From: Planctomycetota bacterium
GTDB taxonomy: Bacteria > Planctomycetota > SZUA-567 > H5-PLA8
NCBI GenBank assembly: GCA_045863855.1
Contig: BTVV01000065.1
Coordinates: 1-33,007, forward strand
Length of the DNA: 33,007 nucleotides
Direction: 5' to 3'
Shown here in pieces: positions 1 to 7,963 of the stretch (position 1 is the first letter of the stretch; every line of letters begins with the position of its first letter). Below the pieces are notes generated by a model that saw nothing but the letters and a program-made list of their open reading frames with translations, did not search any database and was not told where the DNA came from. The translations under genes were made by a program, and so were the position numbers.

Positions 1-1
1 C

Positions 2-115
2 GACAGCGGCGGCGCTTTCGTCGTGGACCGCGACGGCAAGCTCGTCGCGCATCCCGTACCGCCCGAGAACCACAAGCCGCCCATCAAAGGCCCGTGGGGC
101 CGGCGCGAGAATTGA
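2..115 (+). CDS. 3' end of an upstream CDS of unknown function (partial)
   Basis: Frame 2 reads DSGGAFVVDRDGKLVAHPVPPENHKPPIKGPWGRREN then TGA at 113-115, with host-like C-ending codons; lies 43 bp before the next gene. Confidence 0.6.
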   Translation, partial: DSGGAFVVDRDGKLVAHPVPPENHKPPIKGPWGRREN

Positions 116-158
116 GAATCGTGGAAGTGGTTGGTTAACCCCTCAATAGGAGCAGCAC

Positions 159-929
159 ATGCCCAAAACCAAGATCGGTGCGCAGCTCTACACCGTGCGC
201 GACTTCACCAAGACCCCGGCCGACATCGCCAAGACGATCGCGAAGCTGCGCAAGATCGGCTACGAAGCCGTCCAGGCTTCCGCTACCGGCCCCATCGATC
301 CCAAGGATCTGCGCAAGATCCTCGACAACGAAGGCGTTGTCTGCGCCGCCACGCACCGCGGCTTCGACCAGATGAAAAGCGAGCCCGATAAAGTAGTCGA
401 AGAGCACGAGATCATCGGATGCAAACACACGGCCATCGGCGGTCTGCCTCAGAACTATCGCACCAGCGCCGAGACCTACCGCCAGTTCGCCAAGGAAGCC
501 AGCCAGGTCGCCAAGACGCTACTGGCCAAGGGACTCACCTGGAGCTACCACAACCACAGCTTCGAACTCGAACGCTTCAACGGCGGTCCTGCGGCGCTCG
601 AGATTTTGTACGCCGAAAGCGATCCGAAATGCTTCTTCGCCGAGATCGACACCTATTGGATCACCCACGGCGGCGGCGATCCGGCCGCGTGGATCCGGCG
701 CATGAAGGGCCGCGTCCCGCTCGTCCACTTTAAGGATATGGTCGTCCACGAAGGCAAGCCGATCATGGCGCCCGTCGGCGCGGGCAACCTGAATTGGCCC
801 GAGATCCTGAAGGCTTGCGCGGACGCCGGCGCGGAATGGTACCTCGTCGAACAGGATACCTGCCTCGGCGATCCCTTCGAAGCGCTCAAGCAGAGCTTCG
901 AGAACCTGCGGAGCTGGGGCGTGAAGTAA
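159..929 (+). CDS. Sugar phosphate isomerase/epimerase (xylose isomerase-like TIM barrel, IolE/AP endonuclease 2 family)
   Basis: Motifs GAQLYTVR, YHNHSFE, EIDTYW, VHFKD, VGAGNLNW, VEQD; SD AGGAG at about 148-152. Confidence 0.9.
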   Translation: MPKTKIGAQLYTVRDFTKTPADIAKTIAKLRKIGYEAVQASATGPIDPKDLRKILDNEGVVCAATHRGFDQMKSEPDKVVEEHEIIGCKHTAIGGLPQNYRTSAETYRQFAKEASQVAKTLLAKGLTWSYHNHSFELERFNGGPAALEILYAESDPKCFFAEIDTYWITHGGGDPAAWIRRMKGRVPLVHFKDMVVHEGKPIMAPVGAGNLNWPEILKACADAGAEWYLVEQDTCLGDPFEALKQSFENLRSWGVK

Positions 930-956
930 GGCTTTCGGATATCAGAAGTTGCAACG

Positions 957-991
957 GGAGGAGCGCCCATCAAGGTGCGCTCCTTCTTTTT
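957..991 (+). terminator. Rho-independent terminator
   Basis: Stem GGAGGAGCGC(957-966)/GCGCTCCTTC(977-986) with one G-U pair, followed by TTTTT, 27 bp after the isomerase stop. Confidence 0.8.
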
Positions 992-1076
992 ATTATTAGC
1001 AGCTAATATTATACCCTCATGGTGTATGAAACGTAGGTAATTAGCTGCAATCAGCACTTTCACGAGGTACTCCGAC

Positions 1077-3869
1077 ATGCGCCGCTTCGCCCTCCACATC
1101 GCTACCTTTATCGCGGCCTGCGGAATCGCCGCGGCCGAAACGCCGGCCACGCCGCCCTTGGTCAACGCCGCAATGCCCAAATTCGGCGCGCGCATCTCCC
1201 TTCAGCATTCCGGCGAAGTTAAACGCAACGCGCAAACCTCACCCGAAAGCACCTTTGATGGCGACGTCCATTCGCGCTGCGTCATCACCGGAACGCCCTA
1301 CACCTTCGTCGTCGAACTCCTCGATTCGCTGCCCGTGGAAAAGATCGGCTTCGCGCTCAGCGACTACAACAGCGAGCAGGCGCCGAAGGATCTCGTCATC
1401 GAATTCGACGACGGAACGAAACAGGAGTTCGCACTGGAACTCAAGCGTCCCGAAAAACGCAAGCACGCGTGGCAGGAACTGTCCGTGAACAAGAAAGTCC
1501 GCACGCTCAAGATTACCGTCAACTCCAACCATCCCGGCGAGGTCAACTGGGGCGGCCTGGGCGACGTGGCCGTCTGGACCTCCGCCGATCTTCCCGGCAT
1601 GCTGGCGCTCGTGGACCACCAGCCCAATGCTCCCGAATTCGTCAACATCCCGCCGCTCGCCGCCGCGGCGAAGCCCGAGAAGGTACAGATGCCGCCGCGC
1701 GCCGAAGCCGGACAGCATCCGTGCCTCCTGCTCACGCCTACCGAACTGGAAGCTCTGCGCAAGACCGCGAACGAAGCCGAACGCGCCAAAGAAGCCCTGG
1801 AACTGCTCAAGACGCGCGCCGCCGAAGCCATGGCCTTGAAGGTCGAGTTTCCCGATCCGGCGGGCCCCGGCGCGCAGCTCAAGGATCGCGGCGACGACCT
1901 CGCCAAGCAACACGATACGCTCTCGCGCTGCGCCGGAAACCTGGGCATCGCCTACGCCTTCTTCGGCGACAAGACGTACGCCGATAAGGCCCGCGAGATC
2001 CTGCTCGGGTACGCCGAACGTTACGAACAGTACCCCGATCACCGCGGCGTGAATCGCAACGACAGCTCCCGCGTCATGGCCCAGCGCCTCAGCGAAGCCA
2101 TGTGGGTCACCCCGCTCATCCTGGCCTACGACTACATCGTCCCCAGCGGTGTGCTCACCGCGGAAGACCGCGCCAAGATCGAGACCGGCCTCTTCCGCCC
2201 CTGCCTGCTCACGATCCACCGCAAGGAGCCCAAGGCCATCGCCGCCGAATGGGACAAGTCCAATCCCGGCTGGCGCGAAGGCATGCCGCCGCGCCCCGCC
2301 AAGCCCACCGTCGTCGGCAACTGGACCAACTTCTACAACCTCGCCACGATCATGATCGGCGCGACGCTCGGCGACCGCGACCTCATCGACATCGCCGTCT
2401 GGGACACCAAGAAGAACTTGCTCACCGGAATCGGCGAAGACGGCATGTGGGGCGAAGGCGCCGTCGGTTACCAGATGTTCGCGCTCCAGGCCATCACCGC
2501 GATCCTCGAAGTCGCCGCGCGCCAGGGCATCGACCTGTGGAGCTTCGACGACTGCCGCATCAAGATGCCCTTCGACGCCGTCTTCCGCTACGCCTATCCC
2601 GACGGCACTTGCGCCGGCATCAACGACTCCGGACGCGCAAAACTCGGCGACTGGAGCGCCATGGTCTACGACTACGCATGGCTGCGCTACCGCGACCCCG
2701 CCTACGCTTACATCGTCAACATCGCCCCGCGCCAGCTCGTCAACAGCACCTCCGTCTACTACCCCACCGCCGTCTACGAGAAACTCCCCGAGCCCGAACG
2801 CGTCAGCTATCCCAGCACCGTTTTCAAGACCCTCGGTTACGCCATTCTCCGCGACGCCGAAAGCATGGTCCTCCTAGACTACGGCCGCCACGGCGGCACC
2901 CACGGCCACTACGACAAGCTCAACCTCCTCGTCTTCGCCGCCGGCGACGAACTGGGCGGCGAACCCAGGATGCACCGCTACGAAGACAACCTCCACGGCG
3001 AGTGGACCACCCGCACCGTCGCGCACAACACGCTCACCGCCGGCATGCGCAGCCAGATGGCCGGCGACGGCAAACTCCTCTGCTTCGAAGACGCCGGCCC
3101 CGTGAAGCTCATGCGCGGCGAGGCCGCCGGCGTCTACCCCGGCGCGCTCCTCGACCGCACCGTCGTGCTCGTCGAAGGCGCGCTGCTCGACCTCTACCAC
3201 GCCCGCGGCGCGCGAGCCCAAACTTGGGATCGCACCTTCCGCTACACCGGCGCCATCGAGGGCCTCGCCGAGCCCACCGAGGATTCCGCCAAAGACCTCC
3301 CCGCTCTCGGCGATGCCGACGGCTATCAGCATCTGCGCAAACTAGAAGCCCGCCCCGCCGCCGAGCAGCAGCGCGTGGCCTGGAAAACGCCCAAGACGCG
3401 CCTCACCGTCACCTTCGCCGGCGCCGCCGGGCAGGAACTCTTTCTCACACAAGGCCCCGACCGCGAACACGTCGCGCTGCTGCGCCAGACCGGACCCCGC
3501 GCCAACTTCGCCGCCGTGCTCCAAGTCGAACCTTGGGGTGCCCCCGTCGAGAGACTCCGCCTCCTCGATACCGCCAACCCCGCCCTCGTCGCCGCCGCAT
3601 TCGAACACCAAGGCGCCGAGACGCGCGTCTATGTCGCGCATCAGCCCGGCGCGTGGACACACGACGGCTGGAGCAGCGATGCGCGCGTCCTGTACGTGCG
3701 ACTCAAGGACGGCCAGCCCGATCGCCTCTGCTGGAGCGGCGGAAGCTTCGCCAAGCGCGGCGATCTGGAATGGAAACTCGAGCGCGCCGGCAACGCTTTC
3801 GCCGAACTTAAGGATGGAACGCTAAGCCTCGCCAAGACTTGGATGGAGCCCGAAGCCGCCAAGCCCTAA
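1077..3869 (+). CDS. Secreted polysaccharide lyase: N-terminal discoidin/F5-8-like domain, alginate-lyase-like alpha-barrel and heparinase II/III-like domain
   Basis: Signal peptide MRRFALHIATFIAACGIAAA; motifs HPCLLLT, GNW, GMWGEGAVGYQ, YPDG..AGIND, HGGTHGHYDKLNL, TVAHNTL typical of the heparinase II/III clan (PL12/15/17-like); SD GAGG upstream. Confidence 0.8.
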   Translation: MRRFALHIATFIAACGIAAAETPATPPLVNAAMPKFGARISLQHSGEVKRNAQTSPESTFDGDVHSRCVITGTPYTFVVELLDSLPVEKIGFALSDYNSEQAPKDLVIEFDDGTKQEFALELKRPEKRKHAWQELSVNKKVRTLKITVNSNHPGEVNWGGLGDVAVWTSADLPGMLALVDHQPNAPEFVNIPPLAAAAKPEKVQMPPRAEAGQHPCLLLTPTELEALRKTANEAERAKEALELLKTRAAEAMALKVEFPDPAGPGAQLKDRGDDLAKQHDTLSRCAGNLGIAYAFFGDKTYADKAREILLGYAERYEQYPDHRGVNRNDSSRVMAQRLSEAMWVTPLILAYDYIVPSGVLTAEDRAKIETGLFRPCLLTIHRKEPKAIAAEWDKSNPGWREGMPPRPAKPTVVGNWTNFYNLATIMIGATLGDRDLIDIAVWDTKKNLLTGIGEDGMWGEGAVGYQMFALQAITAILEVAARQGIDLWSFDDCRIKMPFDAVFRYAYPDGTCAGINDSGRAKLGDWSAMVYDYAWLRYRDPAYAYIVNIAPRQLVNSTSVYYPTAVYEKLPEPERVSYPSTVFKTLGYAILRDAESMVLLDYGRHGGTHGHYDKLNLLVFAAGDELGGEPRMHRYEDNLHGEWTTRTVAHNTLTAGMRSQMAGDGKLLCFEDAGPVKLMRGEAAGVYPGALLDRTVVLVEGALLDLYHARGARAQTWDRTFRYTGAIEGLAEPTEDSAKDLPALGDADGYQHLRKLEARPAAEQQRVAWKTPKTRLTVTFAGAAGQELFLTQGPDREHVALLRQTGPRANFAAVLQVEPWGAPVERLRLLDTANPALVAAAFEHQGAETRVYVAHQPGAWTHDGWSSDARVLYVRLKDGQPDRLCWSGGSFAKRGDLEWKLERAGNAFAELKDGTLSLAKTWMEPEAAKP

Positions 3870-3886
3870 ATCATTAAGAGTATACC

Positions 3887-3915
3887 TGAGATAGTATTGA
3901 TGCAATACTAACTCA
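3887..3915. promoter_or_regulatory. Inverted repeat (candidate operator or hairpin) upstream of the GntR-LacI gene
   Basis: TGAGATAGTATTG-ATG-CAATACTAACTCA, 12/13 arm complementarity, in an AT-rich intergenic region. Confidence 0.5.
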
Positions 3916-3952
3916 TTAATTGGCATATACTTATAAGATAGATATCTAAATT

Positions 3953-3979
3953 CGTCCAACTCTTGCCGCAAGTTGGACG
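3953..3979. promoter_or_regulatory. Perfect 9-bp inverted repeat, candidate autoregulatory operator
   Basis: CGTCCAACT-N9-AGTTGGACG ending 24 bp before the regulator ATG. Confidence 0.5.
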
Positions 3980-4003
3980 CCCCCGTTGTATTGAACTACG
4001 AAC

Positions 4004-5131
4004 ATGAACGACATCGTCCGCCAAAGCCCTTTGCCGTACTACGAGCAGATCAAAGAGCTGCTCCGCGAGAAAATCGCGCGCGGCGAGTACAAGCCCGAGC
4101 GCCCCATCCCCGACGAACGCTCCCTCGCCCGCGAACTCGGCCTCAGCCGCATGACCGTCCGCCGCGCCTTCGTCGAACTCAGCCGCGAAGGCTTGCTCCA
4201 GCGTGTCCGCGGCAAAGGAACCTTCGTCCGCGGATCCTTCGCGCCCCAACGCCGCCGCCGCCGTCTCGACGCCATCGGCATCGTCGCGCAGTTCGATTGG
4301 ACCGAAGTCGGCAACTCGCTCTTCTACCATCGACTCCTCGCGGGCATCCAGCAGGCCAGCGAAGAGGCCGGCCTGTTGCTGGCCATCCGGCGCATCACCG
4401 AACCGTACGAAGCCTTCGCCGCCGCCTTGCGCCAAGATGCGGCGCTTAAAGGCCTGCTCATCGTCGGCCAATACAACCCGGCGCTGCTGCGCCAGCTCGC
4501 CCAGATTCCGCTGCCCTCGGTCCTCGTCGATTCCTGCCAGCCCGACCCGCTCGAACCCAGCTTCAACGAAGTGAACCACACCGCCGACCGCGCCGCGTAC
4601 CTCGCCGTCGAATCCCTCATCCGCCTCGGCCACCGCGACATCGGCCTGATCCGCAGCGAATCCGATACGAGCTTCAACCTCGAACGCCAAGGCGCATGGG
4701 AACGCGCGCTGCGCGACCACGGCCTGCCCGTCCGCGCCGACCGCGTTTACCCCATCATGTGCTGCGGCCAAGCCGCCTTCGCCACCGTGCGCCGATTGCT
4801 CCACGAAAACGATCTGCCCACCGCGATCTTCTGCGTCGGCGGCGACGAACAGGCGCTGGGCGCCATGGCCGCCGCCGCCGACCGCGGTCTGCGCGTGCCG
4901 CGCGACTTCAGCGTCATCGGATTCGGAGACACCGCCGGATTCAGCGGCCCGCCGCTCTCTACCGTGCGCATTCCCATCGAACAACTGGGCGCCACGAGCG
5001 TCCGGGTCCTGTTGGAACGCTTCACGGAGCCCACCGCTCCGCTCAAGCGCGTCTTGCTGCCGTGCGCGTGGATCAGCCGGTCCACGTGCGACTGCCCGCG
5101 CCGTGAAGCGGCGATCGTCGAACGAACGTAA
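4004..5131 (+). CDS. GntR-family wHTH fused to a LacI-type sugar-binding domain (AraR-like regulator)
   Basis: N-term PYYEQIKELLREKI..IPDERSLARELGLSRMTVRRA..RVRGKGTFV; C-term LGHRDIG, PTAIFC, RVPRDFSVIGFGD, PPLSTVR. No clear SD. Confidence 0.92.
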   Translation: MNDIVRQSPLPYYEQIKELLREKIARGEYKPERPIPDERSLARELGLSRMTVRRAFVELSREGLLQRVRGKGTFVRGSFAPQRRRRRLDAIGIVAQFDWTEVGNSLFYHRLLAGIQQASEEAGLLLAIRRITEPYEAFAAALRQDAALKGLLIVGQYNPALLRQLAQIPLPSVLVDSCQPDPLEPSFNEVNHTADRAAYLAVESLIRLGHRDIGLIRSESDTSFNLERQGAWERALRDHGLPVRADRVYPIMCCGQAAFATVRRLLHENDLPTAIFCVGGDEQALGAMAAAADRGLRVPRDFSVIGFGDTAGFSGPPLSTVRIPIEQLGATSVRVLLERFTEPTAPLKRVLLPCAWISRSTCDCPRREAAIVERT

Positions 5132-5150
5132 GCCTCGGGAGGTTACCGTC

Positions 5151-7916
5151 ATGCGGATCCGTATCGCCCTCGTCCTCGCGCTCCTCTGCGCCGCAGCTTC
5201 CGCGCAGGAAGTCAAACTCATCGCCGACTTCGAACAGGAAAGCGACCTGCGCGGATGGGAATTCAAAAAAGCCAGCGCCAAGCTCAGCGACAAGAACGCC
5301 ACCGGAGGCGCGCACAGCCTCCAAATTGCCCCCGACGAATACATGCTCAACTTCGCCGCGCATAACTGGAGCGGCTACGACGCGTTCGAGATGGACGTCT
5401 TCGTCGAGGGCGAAGGCAACGTCGGCGCCTCGCTCCTCATCGCCGACCAGGACTGGAAGGACAACAAAATGCAGTACTGGGACCGCCACAACGGGGGCTT
5501 CAACCTCAAGCCCGGCAAGAACACCGTCGCGATCCCCGTCGGCGGACTCTTCCGCGGCGAAGCCGGCAGCCGCAACAACAACCTTAAGTACAACATCAAG
5601 CCCGACAAGATCGTCCGCATCGACTTCGGCTTCAAGCCCAACGGGAACGTCACCGCGCTCTACATCGACCGCATGCGCCTCGTCAAGGAAACGCGCCCCG
5701 AAGGCATCCTCGCCTTCGACTTCGGCCCCGAAAGCCAGACCGTCTTCCCCGGCTTCACGCCCATCACCTGGAACACCGTCCACGGCGAAAACGGCAACAA
5801 GGCCGGCCTCGCGCGCAAAGGCTACGCGCCCAACCAAGCCCGCGACGACACCTTCCCCACACGCCTCTATCAGGACTTCGTGGAGATGAAGGATCACACC
5901 TTCGTCGCCGACGTACCCAACGGAACCTGGCACGCGTGGGCCGTCTTCGACGACTGCGGCTATTGGGGCGGCGAGAACTGCAAACACACCAAGCGCTGGA
6001 TCGAGGCCGAAGGCAAACAGGCCTGGCTCGACGACCGCGGCGCCGAAGGTCCGTCCGATTACCTCTTCCGCTTCGAAAAGCTCGAACCCAAACCCTCCGA
6101 CAGTCTTTGGAATACGTACATGAAGGATCTCTTCGTGCCCCGCCGCTTCAGCGCCGAAGTTGCCGACGGCACCCTCACCTTGGCCTTCGGCGCCGACGCC
6201 CCTTGGTCCAGCAAGATCGCCGCGCTGATCCTTTATCCGGACGCGAAGAAGGCCGAAGCCGAGAAGTGGATCGCCGAGATCGAGGCGCGCAATCGAGCCG
6301 AGTTCGAATCGCGCGCGATCTGCGTCGGCCCCAAGCCGCAGGAACTCAGCGTCCCCGCCGAAGCGCAGCAGCAGGGCTGGTGGCTGGGCTATCCCGGACT
6401 CGAACAGGAAGTCAGCCTCCTCGACGCGCCCGGCGCGCCCGACGGCAAGCTCGAACGCGCCGCCGCCCTGGGCCAGCGCGTCAGTTTCACCTTCGCCGTC
6501 CGCACCCTGAAAGACTTCCCAGGCGAAGTCACGCTCACCGCGTCCGAACTGAAAGGCCCCGCCACGATTCCCGCCGCGCAGGTCGATCTGCGCTATGTTC
6601 ACCACGGCACCGACCGCGGCTTTAACGACATCGCCTACGCCATCCGCCCGCATACGCTCCGCCGCCTGCCCGGCAGCGGATTGAAGCTCACGCAGGATCT
6701 CACCCGCCAGTTCTGGATCACCGTCGCCGTGCCCGGCGACGCCAAGGCCGGACGCTACGCCGGAACCGTCACCCTCGCCGCGGGCGCGCTCAAGATCGAA
6801 CTCCCGCTCGCCGTCGATGTCGCCGGCCTCAAGCTCGACGAACCCGCTTACGCCATGGGCTTCTACGGGCTGAATGTCCCGGCCGAACTGCCCGAAGCGC
6901 GCCGCAAAAACGGCCGGCGCGAACTGCTCCGCCTGCTCCGCGAGAACGGCATGAACTCTTTCACCGGAGGGCCGAACATCGCCTTCAAAGGCTTCGACGA
7001 AGCCGGAAAGCCGATTCTCGAGTACGGGGACCTCGATGCCTTCTTCGCCGACGCCAAAGCCGAAGGCTTCGAGAAGCCCGTCATGGCCTACGGCGGGCCG
7101 GCCATGGTCCGCGGGCTCCACGACGGCTACGTGATCGGGAATACCGGCCGCGAATGGGAGAAGAAAACCGGCAAGCCCTTCCACGAACTGCTCGGCATCG
7201 TCTACGGCGCGGTCCACGAACACGCCAAGCAGGCCGGCTGGCCCGAAATCCTGATCGGGCTCTCCGACGAACCGCGCACCCTGGACAGTGCGAAGGCCCA
7301 GCTTGAACTCTATCGAGCATACGCCAAGGGCGCGCCCTTCGTGAAGTTCGGCGGCTCCTATTCGGTGCATTGGGACGGGGAAAGCGAAATCGACAAGGTC
7401 ATTCAGGAACACTTCAAGACGCTCACCTGGTCGGCGCTCAACAGCCACACCGCCGAGGACTTTGCCAAGGCCAAGGAGTTCGGCCGGGAGATGTACATCT
7501 ACAACCAAGGGCTCTCGCGCTTTAGCTTCGGAGCCTACCAGTGGGCCGAATTCCGCAAGGGCGCCAAAGGGCGCTACCAATGGCACCTCCTCGCCCTTCA
7601 CGGCTACCAGTTCTTCGACCTCGACGGCCGCGAACCCGACACCTCCGTGATCAACTGGGGCCGCGAGGAGATTTACCCGACCATCCACCTCCCGCGCTGC
7701 CGCGAAGGCGCCGACGACTTCCGCTTCGCCGCGACTCTATGGAATGCCGCCGAGAAGAAGAAAGGCTCGCCCGAAGCCGACGCCGCGCTCAAGTGGCTCG
7801 AAGACGTCAGCACGCAGATCCCTGCCGCCGCCCGAAAACGGCCTCAAGGCTTCATGGACGACGACGCCTTCCGCGCCGCCTGCATCGAACATCTCAAGAA
7901 ACTGGGATCGAAGTAG
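5151..7916 (+). CDS. Secreted multidomain glycoside hydrolase, GH123/DUF4091-like, with N-terminal CBM-like beta-sandwich domains
   Basis: Start moved from 5103 to ATG 5151 (SD GGGAGG at about 5137-5142, signal peptide MRIRIALVLALLCAAASA); motifs FWITVAVPGDAKAGRYAGTVTL, LSDEP (adjacent acidic pair), REGADDFR. Confidence 0.65.
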   Translation: MRIRIALVLALLCAAASAQEVKLIADFEQESDLRGWEFKKASAKLSDKNATGGAHSLQIAPDEYMLNFAAHNWSGYDAFEMDVFVEGEGNVGASLLIADQDWKDNKMQYWDRHNGGFNLKPGKNTVAIPVGGLFRGEAGSRNNNLKYNIKPDKIVRIDFGFKPNGNVTALYIDRMRLVKETRPEGILAFDFGPESQTVFPGFTPITWNTVHGENGNKAGLARKGYAPNQARDDTFPTRLYQDFVEMKDHTFVADVPNGTWHAWAVFDDCGYWGGENCKHTKRWIEAEGKQAWLDDRGAEGPSDYLFRFEKLEPKPSDSLWNTYMKDLFVPRRFSAEVADGTLTLAFGADAPWSSKIAALILYPDAKKAEAEKWIAEIEARNRAEFESRAICVGPKPQELSVPAEAQQQGWWLGYPGLEQEVSLLDAPGAPDGKLERAAALGQRVSFTFAVRTLKDFPGEVTLTASELKGPATIPAAQVDLRYVHHGTDRGFNDIAYAIRPHTLRRLPGSGLKLTQDLTRQFWITVAVPGDAKAGRYAGTVTLAAGALKIELPLAVDVAGLKLDEPAYAMGFYGLNVPAELPEARRKNGRRELLRLLRENGMNSFTGGPNIAFKGFDEAGKPILEYGDLDAFFADAKAEGFEKPVMAYGGPAMVRGLHDGYVIGNTGREWEKKTGKPFHELLGIVYGAVHEHAKQAGWPEILIGLSDEPRTLDSAKAQLELYRAYAKGAPFVKFGGSYSVHWDGESEIDKVIQEHFKTLTWSALNSHTAEDFAKAKEFGREMYIYNQGLSRFSFGAYQWAEFRKGAKGRYQWHLLALHGYQFFDLDGREPDTSVINWGREEIYPTIHLPRCREGADDFRFAATLWNAAEKKKGSPEADAALKWLEDVSTQIPAAARKRPQGFMDDDAFRAACIEHLKKLGSK

Positions 7917-7924
7917 CCCACTCG

Positions 7925-7958
7925 GCGGGCGCCATGGAATGACCTCCGTGGCGCCCGC
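7925..7958. terminator. Strong hairpin between convergent genes (possible bidirectional terminator or RNA stabiliser)
   Basis: GCGGGCGCCATGGA-N6-TCCGTGGCGCCCGC, 14-bp stem with one wobble or mismatch; no U-tract on either side. Confidence 0.6.
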
Positions 7959-7963
7959 AAGAT

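Noticed and set aside
2..115. Cache-domain-like peptide (AFVVDRDGKLVAHP) in the partial upstream CDS
   Set aside because: Only 37 aa are visible and the protein ends right after with no TM, too little to assign a family.
2102..3811. 569-aa Arg/Pro-rich alternative-frame ORF inside the lyase (likewise 10485..12377 and 12538..14169 over the ABC operon)
   Set aside because: Low-complexity translation expected from GC-rich codon bias; no motifs; overlaps well-supported genes.
3925..3952. dif-like AT-rich 28-mer (also considered 14133-14161 and about 29411-29438)
   Set aside because: None shows ATAA-N6-TTAT geometry with a TTATG(T)TAAAT-like XerD arm; similarity is partial and out of register.
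5073..7688. 871-aa antisense ORF, and similar antisense ORFs at 3908..5350, 18501..19853, 26636..28564 and 29937..31643
   Set aside because: Shadow frames of real genes: scarcity of TTA/CTA/TCA codons removes antisense stops, and they show no recognisable domains.
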